A stretch of DNA of 64,000 nt from an uncultured delta proteobacterium (GCA_963771465.1 CAVYTU010000005.1:59957-123956); one strand, 5' to 3'. Counted from the first letter of the stretch, positions 49,977 through 60,230 are shown. Program-made: numbers and translations. Notes: a model not told the origin generated them from the letters alone.

Positions 49977-51257
49977 ATGATGCACGAGAATAATCGATCG
50001 GAACTCCGGCGCGTGGTTGTTACAGGGCTCGGTGTGGTCAGCCCAAACGGAGTTGGCGCTGATGCGTACAAAAATTCATTGCGCCGAGGCGTAAGTGGTA
50101 TCGATACGATCTCATCTTTTGATCCGAGTCTGCTTTCCTGCCGTGTGGCCGGCGAAGTGAGAGATATATGCGCCAATCAAATTATGCCGCCGCGGGAACT
50201 TAAACGCACCGGACGGGCGGTGCATTTGGCGATCGTCGCGACGGGTGAAGCGTTAGAGCGCGCCGGCATCTGCCCTGAGACCATGAACTTGGCAGAAAGA
50301 CAATCGTGGGGCGTGATCCTCGGCAGCGGCGGCGGCACAGCCGATTTTGTCGAAGAGCAATATCGTCTTTATTTCAGCGATCAGTTACGCAAAATCAGCG
50401 CCTACAATATTTCGAGCTCGACCATCGGCTCGTTGTCGAGCGAGCTGTCGATTCATTTCGGTTTTCACGGACCGAGCCATGTGATTTCCACCGGCTGCAC
50501 CAGTTCCACCGACGCGCTCGGTTATGCTTTTAATCTCATTCGTTTCGGTTTGGCCGATCATTTTGTCGCCGGCGGCGCTGACGCGACGATTACGCCGGCG
50601 ATCATGCAGGGCTTTTGCATCATGCAAGCGGTGTCGACTTCGCACAACGACGAGCCGGCGCGGGCGTCGCGGCCGTTCGAACGCAGCCGGGACGGATTTG
50701 TGCTCGGCGAGGGCGCCTGGATCTTGATCCTTGAAGAGCGTGACCGAGCGTTGACCCGCGGCGCGACGATCTATGCCGAGGTGCGCGGTTACGCCTCGAC
50801 GTGCGACGCCTATCACCGCGTCCGGCTGGAGCCGGGCGGCGAAGAGCCGGCGCGAGCGATGAGCTCGGCGATCGAGGATGCGCGGCTCGCCAAAGACGAT
50901 GTGGGTTACGTCGCTTTGCACGGCACGTCGACCGTGTTGAATGATAAGGTCGAGACGCGCGCGAGTAAGTTATGTTTTGGCAAAGGCGCGCGTGATCTGC
51001 CGATGAGCTCGGTCAAATCGATGATCGGCCATCCGCAAGGCGCATCGGGCGCGGCCGGCGTGGTCGCGGCGATCTGTGCCATGAACGGCGGTTTTTTGCC
51101 GCCGACGATCAATTTAGATGAGTCCGATCCGGAATGCGATCTCAACTACATTCCCAATCAGAGCATCACCAAAGCCACCGATATTGCGCTCTGCAACTGT
51201 ATCGGTTTCGGCTCGAAAAATTCGGCCCTAGTCATAGAGCGTGGAGCCTTGGCGTGA
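49977..51257 (+). CDS. Beta-ketoacyl synthase (FabF / type II PKS KS-alpha-like)
   Basis: RRVVVTGLG, STGCTSS (Cys), DGFVLGEG, HGTST, KSMIGH. Confidence 0.9.
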   Translation: MMHENNRSELRRVVVTGLGVVSPNGVGADAYKNSLRRGVSGIDTISSFDPSLLSCRVAGEVRDICANQIMPPRELKRTGRAVHLAIVATGEALERAGICPETMNLAERQSWGVILGSGGGTADFVEEQYRLYFSDQLRKISAYNISSSTIGSLSSELSIHFGFHGPSHVISTGCTSSTDALGYAFNLIRFGLADHFVAGGADATITPAIMQGFCIMQAVSTSHNDEPARASRPFERSRDGFVLGEGAWILILEERDRALTRGATIYAEVRGYASTCDAYHRVRLEPGGEEPARAMSSAIEDARLAKDDVGYVALHGTSTVLNDKVETRASKLCFGKGARDLPMSSVKSMIGHPQGASGAAGVVAAICAMNGGFLPPTINLDESDPECDLNYIPNQSITKATDIALCNCIGFGSKNSALVIERGALA

Positions 51258-51958
51258 AGCGAAGTTACGAAAAGGAAATGATGGATTTTACGGCTGACAG
51301 CAGCGAGCTCTTGGCTGGGAATTTATCTGACTTGCGCAGGCTCAATCGATACTTGAGCGGTTCGCGCGGCGTTATCCTCGGGTTGCAGCGGGCAATCGGG
51401 CGCGAGCCGGCTCGGCGTCTCTCGGTACTCGACGTGGGCACGGGCAGCGCCGATATCCCGGCGGCGATTTTCGCGTGGGCGCAGCGGCGAAATGTCGCTA
51501 CCAAGATTGTCGGCGTGGACGCGAATACTGAAACGGCGCGGATCGCCGCCAATCAAACCCAACAACTCGCCGATATTGAAATTGTTCAAGGCGACGCGCG
51601 CGGGCTACCGTTTTCGTCCGGCGCTTTCGATTTCGTCGTCGCGTCGCAGTTACTGCACCATTTTTCCGAAGTGAAAATTATCGAGCTGCTAAAGCAGTGG
51701 GCCACACTGGCGCGCCGTGGCATTGTCATCAGCGATCTGGTGCGCCATCCCGTCGCCTATCATGGCATCCGGCTGCTGACCAGGCTTGCGACCCGCAATA
51801 TCATGACTCTAACCGATGCGCCACTGTCGGTGCGTCGCGCCTTTGCATTTAGCGAGTGGCGCGAACTTATGCGCCAAGCTGATATCGGAACCGTGGAAAT
51901 GATTTCGGTGTTTCCGTTCCGCATGGCTGCCGTCGTCAGGCTGGGAGACCGGCGATGA
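51254..51958 (+). CDS. SAM-dependent methyltransferase
   Basis: EMMD...LRRLN, VLDVGTGSAD, LHHF, DAPLSVRRAF; GTGA overlap with the KS stop. Confidence 0.85.
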   Translation: MKRSYEKEMMDFTADSSELLAGNLSDLRRLNRYLSGSRGVILGLQRAIGREPARRLSVLDVGTGSADIPAAIFAWAQRRNVATKIVGVDANTETARIAANQTQQLADIEIVQGDARGLPFSSGAFDFVVASQLLHHFSEVKIIELLKQWATLARRGIVISDLVRHPVAYHGIRLLTRLATRNIMTLTDAPLSVRRAFAFSEWRELMRQADIGTVEMISVFPFRMAAVVRLGDRR

Positions 51959-53119
51959 TGGAATGCGACGTTGCCATCGTCGGCGCCGGGCCGGCGGGTT
52001 GTTCCACGGCGATCACCCTGGCGCAACGCGGCTATCAGGTTGCGCTGATCGACCGCGCGAGATTTCCGCGCGAAAAATTATGCGGCGATTTTTTGAATCC
52101 GATTAACTGGCCCGTCTTGGACGAATTAGCTGTCAGCCAAGAAGTATTGGCTCGTCCTCACAATCAGATTTCGGCATTTCGTATCACCGCGGCGGATGGG
52201 ACCGAAGCATTTAGTGCGATTCCCGCGCAAGGCGAGCGTGGTTTTGGTCTTGGGCTTCGGCGTTTCCATTTGGATCATGTGCTTTTGCAGCGGGCGAAGC
52301 GCGCCGGCGTGAGCGTCAACGAAGGCGTAAAGGTGACGGGCGTCGAAAAGTGTTCATATGGATGGCAGTTGGACATGGATCGGCGTGGCCAAAGTTTTTC
52401 TACTCGCGCCAAGGTTCTGGTCGGCGCCGACGGCAGAAACTCATCGATCGCGCGGCAACTCGGTGTCTCGTTGGAGCGGCCGAAAACATCATCCTCGGTG
52501 GGATTTGAAATCCAATTGCAAAATTGCTTCGCTGTGCGCGGCAGTATTGAGATTCATCAGTTTGCCGGCGGCTATGCCGGCTTGGCGCGGATCGATGAGA
52601 GCACGATCAATCTTGGCTTTGCCGTGCAGCGTTCGCTGTTAGGACGATCGGTTTCCTTCGAAAGTCTGCGTCGAGCAATTTCTTTGCCATAATCCGTTTC
52701 TCGATAAGCTTCTCAGCGCGAGCGAACCGACGGGTGATCTCCGCTCGGTGTGGCCGGTGTATTTTGGCCCGCGCAAGTGTTTCGGAGCTGGTTTTCTTTT
52801 GGTCGGCGACGCTGCTCGGGTGACCGAACCGGTTACCGGCGAGGGGATTTTCTTCGCGCTTAGAAGCGGTCAGCTGGCAGCGGTGACGATTGCCGAGGGG
52901 TTGCGCAATGGTGATGCGAGTCTGGCTCGATTCAGTCAATACGATGGAGCGTGCCGGGCTGAGTTTGGTGCGCGGGTTCGCCTTAATTCGCTTATTCGTC
53001 GGCTCATGTATCGACCGCGGTTACTGTCTTTGGCGATCCGGACCTTGAGTCGGCGCCAGCAGCTCTTGGATTCGCTGGTTAATGCGGTGTGTCTACCGCG
53101 CGCGGTATTGCAAAAATGA
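51955..53119 (+). CDS. FAD-dependent oxidoreductase (geranylgeranyl-reductase-like), frameshift near 52675
   Basis: GAGPAG, FPREKLCG, GADGRNS, VGDAA...EPVTGEGI. Confidence 0.85.
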
Positions 53120-53147
53120 ATGATCAACTTCAGTCGGAGGATTGTTG

Positions 53148-53972
53148 ATGCAAATATTTGCCTGGGGTTTATTAATTTTGCAGGCGTTGATCGTTGTCGC
53201 GAGCCTGCTCGGTTACGGCATTTTCACCGCGCGGCCCGATTTGTTGATGCAGGTCGATCCGCAGGCGCGGTTTTTTACCTGGGCATTTCACGGCTTCGCC
53301 ATCGGTAACATGTTCTTCGGAGGACTTGCGGTGATGGCCGACGCTTTCGATCGTAACAGGATGGCGGCGTTTTACGCCTTTCTTGCTGTCTATGTCGTAA
53401 GCTTAATCAGCGAACTGATGGGGACGGGTTTAGGCATTCCTTTCGGTCCCTATTCCTACACAAATTTGCTCGGACCGAAGTGGTTTACGCTCGTGCCGCT
53501 CCTGATTCCACTGAGCTGGTTCACCATGTGCTGGGCGTGTTGGGTAATGGCGCGCCATCGCGCTGCCGGTATCGTGGCGATTCTACTCGGCACGTCGCTT
53601 TTGGTGGCTTGGGATCTATTGCTCGATCCGGCGATGAGCAAAGTAACCAGTTATTGGATTTGGGGTGAAACCGGTAGTTACTATGGCATGCCTTGGAGTA
53701 ACCTATTGGGCTGGGGTGTTACTGGTTTGGCGCTGTTTATCATTCTAAACAAGCTAGCGCCGGAGCCGCGCACTTCGCTGCGATTCGCCACGTCCATCTA
53801 CGGCGTTAATTTCGCCCTGCCGTTGGGTTTCTGCATTCTCAATCAATACTGGCTCGCCGTTTGCGCCGGCATCGGCGGAGTGTTGTTGGCGTGGTTCGTA
53901 ATCGGACGATATTCTTCGGGGAATGAAGCCATCAGTTTCTCGGCGAAGCCCGGCAATCTGCAAAAAATATAG
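53148..53972 (+). CDS. cruF: Carotenoid 1,2-hydratase (CruF/DUF422 family)
   Basis: ELMG...G.PFGPYSY...LGPK, VPLLIPLSW, WDLLLDP, YW.W, PWSNLLGW. Confidence 0.8.
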   Translation: MQIFAWGLLILQALIVVASLLGYGIFTARPDLLMQVDPQARFFTWAFHGFAIGNMFFGGLAVMADAFDRNRMAAFYAFLAVYVVSLISELMGTGLGIPFGPYSYTNLLGPKWFTLVPLLIPLSWFTMCWACWVMARHRAAGIVAILLGTSLLVAWDLLLDPAMSKVTSYWIWGETGSYYGMPWSNLLGWGVTGLALFIILNKLAPEPRTSLRFATSIYGVNFALPLGFCILNQYWLAVCAGIGGVLLAWFVIGRYSSGNEAISFSAKPGNLQKI

Positions 53973-54079
53973 TGGGAATCTTGACCGAAACTGCATCAAT
54001 AGATTTGTAGAATTGAGTCGGTCAATGCTAAATTGTCTTCCGTGCGGCGCCATGGCCGCGATCCTGTATAATCCGTCAC

Positions 54080-55048
54080 ATGGGTTTAGCCATTAAAAAA
54101 ATCACCGTCTTGGCAGAGTTCGATTTAGATTCCTATCTGCGTGCCCGTAGCGCGGCGGTGGATCGGGCGCTCGACGGTTACCTGCGGCGTTATTCCGAAC
54201 GGTCGGGCAACATCTGGAAGGCGATGCATTACGGTTTGTTTCCCGGCGGCAAGCGCCTGCGTCCGATATTGGTTCTTGCCGCCGGCGAGTTGTTCGGCGC
54301 CAAACGCAAAACGTTGCTGCCATTCGCCTGTGCGGTGGAGATGATTCACGGTTATTCGCTGATCCACGACGACCTGCCGGCACTCGATAACGACGACTTG
54401 CGGCGGGGCGAGCCGGCCAATCATAAAGTTTTTGGCGAGGGCATGGCACTCCTTGCCGGCGACGGCTTACTCACCGAAGCGTTCCATGTCATGTCCGGCG
54501 CCGCCGTGCTGACGAATTTGCCCGCGGAATTGGTGCTCAAGCTGGTACACGAGTTGTCCTATGCCGTTGGCGTGGCCGGCCTCGTCGGCGGGCAGGCGTT
54601 CGATCTCGAAGCGGAAAAGCGCGCCGTCGACATCGGCATGGTCGAATACATTCACGTGCGCAAGACCGGCGCGTTGATCCGCGCTGCGATTCGCTTGGGT
54701 GCTCAAGTGGCCGGCGCCAGCGCCGCTGATCTGAGGCGGGTCACACGCTTCGGCGATTGTCTCGGCTTGGCTTTCCAGATCGCCGACGATATTTTGGATA
54801 TCCTCGGTGAAACGGCACCGGGTGAACGCGCGCAATCGGGCCACAGCGAATGGAACAAAGCGACCTATCCATCGGTGGTCGGTATCGCCCGCGCCCAGGA
54901 ACGGCTAAAAGAATTGTCCGCTCAATGTTTGCGTGAACTGGCGCCCTTCGGCAAGGCTTCGGAACCGCTCCGCGCGCTCGCCACGCAAGTGGCGGCGCGG
55001 GCGCTGCAAAGCAACGGAAAATCTGCGGCTGGGGAGATTAAAATCTAA
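54080..55048 (+). CDS. ispA: Farnesyl diphosphate synthase
   Basis: GGKRLRP, SLIHDDLPALDNDDLRRG, GQAFD, KTGALI, FQIADD, KATYP. Confidence 0.93.
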   Translation: MGLAIKKITVLAEFDLDSYLRARSAAVDRALDGYLRRYSERSGNIWKAMHYGLFPGGKRLRPILVLAAGELFGAKRKTLLPFACAVEMIHGYSLIHDDLPALDNDDLRRGEPANHKVFGEGMALLAGDGLLTEAFHVMSGAAVLTNLPAELVLKLVHELSYAVGVAGLVGGQAFDLEAEKRAVDIGMVEYIHVRKTGALIRAAIRLGAQVAGASAADLRRVTRFGDCLGLAFQIADDILDILGETAPGERAQSGHSEWNKATYPSVVGIARAQERLKELSAQCLRELAPFGKASEPLRALATQVAARALQSNGKSAAGEIKI

Positions 55049-55049
55049 T

Positions 55050-56966
55050 ATGACACGATTGCTCGATGGCGTTGAATATCCCAAAGACATTCGCGGCTTC
55101 TCGGTGGCGGAATTGAATCAGCTCGCCGGCGAAATTCGTGAAGAAGTGATCTCGGTGGTGTCCGAAGTGGGCGGCCACTTCGCCTCGACCTTGGGCGCGG
55201 TGGAGTTGACTCTGGCGCTGCACTACGCTTTCAACACACCGGAAGACCGGATCATCTGGGACACCGGCCATCAGTGCTATGCGCACAAATTGCTTTGCGG
55301 CCGGCGCGAGCGCTTGGCGACCATCCGTCAGCTCGGCGGCTTGAGCGGTTTTTTAAGCCGTGAAGAAAGCGAATACGATGTCTTTGGCGCCGGCCACGCG
55401 GGAACTTCGATCTCGGCTGCCCTTGGGATGGTCGAAGCGAAATCACTCGACGGTTCGTCGCGCAAAGTCGTCGCCGTGATCAGCGATGGCGGCCTGAGCG
55501 CCGGCCTGACCTATGAAGGTTTGAACTCCGCCGGCCATCTCGACCAGGACTTGATCGTTATTCTCAACGACAACGAGCACTTCATCGATCCGCGTGTGGG
55601 CGCGGTGTCGTCTTTCTTGAGCAAACAATTTACTTCGGATCTGGGCGTGCGCTTGCAAAAGAATTTGTCCAACTTGCTACAAAACTTGCCCGCCGGGGAG
55701 AATCTCAAGCTTGCGGCGCGTAAACTGCGCGACTCATTTTTGGGCTTGGTGACGCCGGGATTTCTTTTCGAAAGCCTCGGCTTTCAGTACGTCGGTCCCA
55801 TCGATGGCCATAACATCGGCGAAATGCTCGCGACTTTAGAAAACGTCAAGAAGATCGACGGGCCGACGTTGGTCCACGTAATGACCAAAAAAGGTAAGGG
55901 CTACTTACCGGCGGAAAAAGACCCGATCAAATTTCACGCCGTCACGCCGTTCCACGTGCTCACTGGCAAAGCGAAAAAAGAAAAAGGGCCGATTCCGACT
56001 TACACTGATATCTTTGGCCAGTCGCTGCTCAGACTCGCCAAAGAAAATTCCAAAGTGGTGAGCATCACCGCAGCCATGGGGAGCGGCACGGGCATCGATA
56101 AGGTGCAGCGAGAACTGCCCAACCGCACCTACGACGTCGGCATCGCCGAGCAACACGCCGTTACCTTCGCCGGCGGCATGGCCACCGAAGGCTATGTTCC
56201 AGTGGTGGCGATCTACTCGACCTTTTTACAGCGCGGCTATGACGAGATTCTCCACGACGTGTGCTTGCAGAATTTACACGTCGTCTTCGCACTCGATCGC
56301 GGCGGCTTGGTTGGCGCCGATGGACCGACGCACCATGGAGTTTTTGATTTCGCGTACATGCGCTCCATGCCCAATCTCACCATCATGGCGCCCAAGGACG
56401 AAAACGAGCTGCAGCATATGCTCAAGACTGCGGTCGATCATTCGGGTCCAATCTCGCTCCGTTATCCGCGCGGCGAAGGTTGGGGTGTGGCGCTCGATAC
56501 GGAAATGAAAAGTTTGCCCATCGGTAAAGCCGAGCTGTTGCGCGACGGCAGCGATGTCGTTATCGCCGCCATCGGTCAAACGGTTTTGCCGGCATTGAAA
56601 GCGGCGCAAGAGCTTGCGCCGCTGGGGATCAACGCCGCCGTCGTCAATGCCCGCTTCGTTAAGCCGCTCGATGGCGAGTTATTTGGCGCGTTGCTCAACC
56701 GCATTCCACGGTTGATCACCGTCGAGGATCACGCCGTCGCCGGCGGCTTTGGCAGTGCGCTGATAGAATTTCTCGCCGACCAGAATATCACCGGCGTTGA
56801 GATCAAACGGCTCGGCGTGCCCGACCGCTTTATTCCCCATGGCACTCAAGACGAGCTTAGAAAAATGTGCGGCTTCGACAAAGACGCCATCGCTCAGGCG
56901 GCCTTACAAATCATGCGCCGGCCCAAGAAAAAAAGTAGAGAGGGATGGGAAAGAGGGAGCGTTTAG
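55050..56966 (+). CDS. dxs: 1-deoxy-D-xylulose-5-phosphate synthase
   Basis: WDTGHQCYAHK, GHAGTSISAA, DVGIAEQHA, YSTFLQR, DGPTHHG. Confidence 0.97.
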   Translation: MTRLLDGVEYPKDIRGFSVAELNQLAGEIREEVISVVSEVGGHFASTLGAVELTLALHYAFNTPEDRIIWDTGHQCYAHKLLCGRRERLATIRQLGGLSGFLSREESEYDVFGAGHAGTSISAALGMVEAKSLDGSSRKVVAVISDGGLSAGLTYEGLNSAGHLDQDLIVILNDNEHFIDPRVGAVSSFLSKQFTSDLGVRLQKNLSNLLQNLPAGENLKLAARKLRDSFLGLVTPGFLFESLGFQYVGPIDGHNIGEMLATLENVKKIDGPTLVHVMTKKGKGYLPAEKDPIKFHAVTPFHVLTGKAKKEKGPIPTYTDIFGQSLLRLAKENSKVVSITAAMGSGTGIDKVQRELPNRTYDVGIAEQHAVTFAGGMATEGYVPVVAIYSTFLQRGYDEILHDVCLQNLHVVFALDRGGLVGADGPTHHGVFDFAYMRSMPNLTIMAPKDENELQHMLKTAVDHSGPISLRYPRGEGWGVALDTEMKSLPIGKAELLRDGSDVVIAAIGQTVLPALKAAQELAPLGINAAVVNARFVKPLDGELFGALLNRIPRLITVEDHAVAGGFGSALIEFLADQNITGVEIKRLGVPDRFIPHGTQDELRKMCGFDKDAIAQAALQIMRRPKKKSREGWERGSV

Positions 56967-57679
56967 ATCTGCTCTTGGTCGAACGCCAGTTGGTCGCAAG
57001 CCGTGAGGATGGCCGGCGCAGGATACTGGCCGGCGAAGTTCTGGTCAACGACCAGGCGGTGACCAAAGCGGGAAATCTGATCGACACCGGCGCCGCCATT
57101 CGGCTAAAGCCGACGGCTCCCTATGTCAGCCGCGGCGGCGTCAAGCTCGAAAAGGCGCTCGTCCAATTCGCCATTCAAGTCAAAGACAAAACTGCGCTTG
57201 ACATCGGCGCGTCCACCGGCGGCTTTACCGACTGTTTGTTGGCCCACGGCGCGGCGCAAGTTTTCGCCGTCGATGTCGGTTACGGCCAACTCGACTGGAA
57301 GCTGAGAAACGATCCGCGCGTGATCGTTTTTGAAAAAACCAATGTCCGTTACCTCAACTTAAGCCGGCTGCCACGCGCAGCAGATATCTCAACTATCGAT
57401 GCGTCGTTTATTTCGCTCAAACTGATTTTGCCCCAAGTGAAAACCCTGATCGTCGAACAGGGCGAAGTCGTTGCGTTGATCAAACCCCAGTTCGAAGTCG
57501 GCAAAGGCAAAGTCGGCAAGGGCGGCGTGGTGCGCGAGGCGGAAGAACATCAACGGGTGATCGATGAAATTTGCCGGGCGTCGACCGAGTTAGGCTATCA
57601 GGTTCTCGGCGTTACCGAGTCGCCGCTCATCGGGCCCAAGGGGAACAAGGAGTTTCTCATCCACCTGCGCGTATTTTAA
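56945..57679 (+). CDS. tlyA: TlyA family rRNA 2'-O-methyltransferase
   Basis: YVSRGGVKL, DIGASTGGFTD, SFISL, KPQFE, GPKGNKEF. Confidence 0.95.
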   Translation: MGKRERLDLLLVERQLVASREDGRRRILAGEVLVNDQAVTKAGNLIDTGAAIRLKPTAPYVSRGGVKLEKALVQFAIQVKDKTALDIGASTGGFTDCLLAHGAAQVFAVDVGYGQLDWKLRNDPRVIVFEKTNVRYLNLSRLPRAADISTIDASFISLKLILPQVKTLIVEQGEVVALIKPQFEVGKGKVGKGGVVREAEEHQRVIDEICRASTELGYQVLGVTESPLIGPKGNKEFLIHLRVF

Positions 57680-57734
57680 GTAGCGGACGTTTGCCCCTAC
57701 GCGTGCGTACCGAGCGCCCAACCGGTAAAGACTC

Positions 57735-58463
57735 GTGGCAGCAATCAAAAAAATCGCTCATCGCGGCGCTTCCGGCGAATATCCCGAGAATACTCGGCTC
57801 GCTTTCGAGAAAGCGATCGAAGCCGGCGTCGATATGATCGAGCTCGACTGCCAGATGACCCGAGACGGGCATGTGGTCATTTTTCACGATGAAAAGCTCC
57901 TTCGCACTGCGAGAGTTCGCGGCACGTTAAGGTCGAAGAGTCTGGCAGAACTTAGGAATCTCGATATCGGCAGATGGTTCAAGCCGACTTTCAAAGGTCA
58001 GCGTGTCCTGACACTGGAGGAGGCGCTTGAGATCGTTGCCGGCAAAGTTGGCCTTTGCCTGGAGATCAAATCCTTCAGTGAACCCGCGCCGGGCATCGAG
58101 CTGAAGGTGTTATTTGCGCTTAGCCATTTTGACTACTTGGATCGGACGATCATTTCCTCTTTCGACTATCGTTGTCTCGCGAGAGTGCGTGAACTGGCCC
58201 CTGAGGCGTTGCTCGGCGTAATCGTCGGGAGCGAAAGCCGGGAGGACGCAATCGATGTCGCCCGTCAGCTCGGCGCCACGTCGATTCAGGCGCAAAAGGA
58301 GCTGGTGACCTATGATTTTCTGCGCCGCGCTTGGGATGACGGCCTGGATGTCTTTGTTTGGACTGTCAATGATGTCCGTGACTTGGAAACCTTTGCGTCT
58401 CTCGGAGTTCAAGGGCTGATTTCTAATTATCCCAAGCGGTTGCGAAAAGTTTTTGCCCGCTAA
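57735..58463 (+). CDS. Glycerophosphodiester phosphodiesterase
   Basis: IAHRGASGEYPENT, ELD, HD, EIK, WTVN. Confidence 0.9.
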   Translation: MAAIKKIAHRGASGEYPENTRLAFEKAIEAGVDMIELDCQMTRDGHVVIFHDEKLLRTARVRGTLRSKSLAELRNLDIGRWFKPTFKGQRVLTLEEALEIVAGKVGLCLEIKSFSEPAPGIELKVLFALSHFDYLDRTIISSFDYRCLARVRELAPEALLGVIVGSESREDAIDVARQLGATSIQAQKELVTYDFLRRAWDDGLDVFVWTVNDVRDLETFASLGVQGLISNYPKRLRKVFAR

Positions 58464-58646
58464 CCGCGGGCGATTTTCATAGCTGCGGTGAGTCGCCATG
58501 GTGATGGTCCGGCCGCATTACGTAGAAGTCCTTTCCCTCGGATTAGCGGCTTGAAAAGTCCCTGCGGCGCCGGTAAGTTTTCCGTGCCCGGAGTGTTAAA
58601 TTGAATCCCTCGCGCCTGCAAGCCGTTCATATTAAAAGTGAATTGC

Positions 58647-58674
58647 TTGACTTGGCAGGCCAATACGTTAGAAT
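58647..58674 (+). promoter_or_regulatory. sigma70-type promoter of the rpsU operon
   Basis: TTGACT-16 nt-TAGAAT. Confidence 0.6.
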
Positions 58675-58723
58675 CATCGACGGACTAAATTAGGTCCAAG
58701 TTGATCGGGGGTGAGTGCATTTT

Positions 58724-58918
58724 ATGACCGGAGTTCGAGTCCGAGATAACGAATCCATTGAAAGCGCTATTCGCCGCTTCAAAAAACTATGCGAGAAGGC
58801 CGGCATCTTGGCTGAGTTGCGTAAACGTGAACATTACGAAAAACCCAGCGTGAAACGGAAGAAAAAAGCGATCGCCGCGAAAAAGCGGGCGTTGCGCCGC
58901 GTACGCCACGCTTTTTAG
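58724..58918 (+). CDS. rpsU: 30S ribosomal protein S21
   Basis: ESAIRRFKK...[16 protein letters not shown]. Confidence 0.97.
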   Translation: MTGVRVRDNESIESAIRRFKKLCEKAGILAELRKREHYEKPSVKRKKKAIAAKKRALRRVRHAF

Positions 58919-58953
58919 CGAACTTATTGCGCGATTAAAAATCAAACTATCGA

Positions 58954-59406
58954 ATGTCACTTAAGGCCGAGATACAAGAAGCCGTGAAGGTCGCGATGAA
59001 GAGCGGCGATCAGATCACGCTGTCGACGCTCCGGCTTCTTCTCTCGGCGCTCCATAATGAAGAGATCCGCGTCCGCAAGGATCTCGGCGTGGAAGAAATC
59101 CAAAAAATCATCTCGACCCTCTGTAAGCAACGCGGCGAAGCGATTGAAATGTTTCGCAAGGGCGGGCGCGTGGATTTGGCCGAAAAGGAAGAAGCCGAGC
59201 TGGTCGTGCTCAAACGCTACCTACCTCAACAGCTGAGCGAGGAGGAGATCACGGCTTTGATTCGCGCCAGCATCGACGAATCGGGCGCCAAGGGCGTTGG
59301 CGACCTCGGCAAAGTGATGAAAGTTCTGATGCCAAAGGTTTCCGGGCGGAGCGACGGCAAGCGGGTCAATGAGATCGCTAAAGCTCTGCTCGGCGCGCCC
59401 GCGTAG
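58954..59406 (+). CDS. yqeY: GatB/YqeY domain protein
   Basis: AMKSGD, YLPQQLSEEE, DLGKVMK, DGK. Confidence 0.92.
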   Translation: MSLKAEIQEAVKVAMKSGDQITLSTLRLLLSALHNEEIRVRKDLGVEEIQKIISTLCKQRGEAIEMFRKGGRVDLAEKEEAELVVLKRYLPQQLSEEEITALIRASIDESGAKGVGDLGKVMKVLMPKVSGRSDGKRVNEIAKALLGAPA

Positions 59407-59569
59407 TCATGCGCGGCCGCAGGCGCCGACAAGCGGGTGGTATCGATCTTGGCTCGCTTGCGACCGTAGAGTTGGGACGATCGGCGCTGGAGAGGCTTTC
59501 TAACCGTTGATTTTGTCGCGCCCGTTTAGATGATGGCTGGAAAACTTAAATCCTAATGGGTTCCCACCC

Positions 59570-60100
59570 GTGAACTGGGTTGATCTGATTGTGATCGCTA
59601 TCCTTGCGCTGTTTGGCCTGCGCGGTTTTTTTCGTGGTCTTTTCCGTGAAGTGTTTTCTCTTGCCGGCCTAGTTTGTGGTTTCATGTTCGCCGTTGCTTA
59701 CCAACGGCAATTAGCGGATTTGGCGGCGGGGTATTGGCAACTCTCGCCGCTGGTTCTCAAGGGTGGGGCCTTTATCACGATCTTTTTCGTCGTTTATTTT
59801 TTGTTCAGCTTGGCCGGTTGGCTGCTGCATCGTTCGGAGAAACTATTGTTCCTCCAAACCGTCAATCGTACGGGTGGCATCGCCATCGGTATGGGTAAAG
59901 GCGCGGCGCTAACCGCGTTGGCAATCTTTTTTTTGCGCTCCGCGGCATGGCTGCCGGAACCGGCCCGGGAGAACATCGCCGGTTCTTATTTCATCTCGCC
60001 ACTGTCCCAGTTAGGCGAGGGGTTGGTCCGAGTCGGCAAGGAAAGAATTTTTTCTCACGACGGCACGGTCGAATCGCCGACCAGCGGCGCGCGTTTGTAG
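59570..60100 (+). CDS. cvpA: CvpA family membrane protein
   Basis: MNWVDL...GFFRGLFREVFSL, NRTGG. Confidence 0.85.
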   Translation: MNWVDLIVIAILALFGLRGFFRGLFREVFSLAGLVCGFMFAVAYQRQLADLAAGYWQLSPLVLKGGAFITIFFVVYFLFSLAGWLLHRSEKLLFLQTVNRTGGIAIGMGKGAALTALAIFFLRSAAWLPEPARENIAGSYFISPLSQLGEGLVRVGKERIFSHDGTVESPTSGARL

Positions 60101-60143
60101 CGCTCGGTTATGGGGCGATTCCGGGTTTGATGTACGGCAACGA

Positions 60144-60230
60144 TCACCGCAGGGACACAGCGATCGCGAAGGGTTAGTTCAAGGTGGCAATTCAATTGAT
60201 TTCCGCCGCGTCAACTGCGCCTCGGCGGTG
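60144..60230. repeat. Family E hairpin, copy 2
   Basis: TCACCGCAGGGACACAGCGATCGCGAAG ... GCCGCGTCAACTGCGCCTCGGCGGTG. Confidence 0.65.

Noticed and set aside
2828-53119. About a dozen frameshifted genes (SBPs, GST C-terminus, four-helix bundles, prpD, ligase, ybgA-like, crtI, FAD enzyme) as pseudogenes or programmed frameshifts
   Set aside because: They are scattered single-base indels with otherwise intact motifs and no evident slippery-site pattern, most consistent with sequencing error. The GST TGA is treated separately because it is in frame, at the catalytic site and followed by a hairpin.
39560-54020. Weak inverted similarity (CTCAATT...TGCAGTTT) at the two ends of the carotenoid island as transposon ends
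   Set aside because: Short, unevenly spaced matches; no transposase, integrase or target duplication seen.
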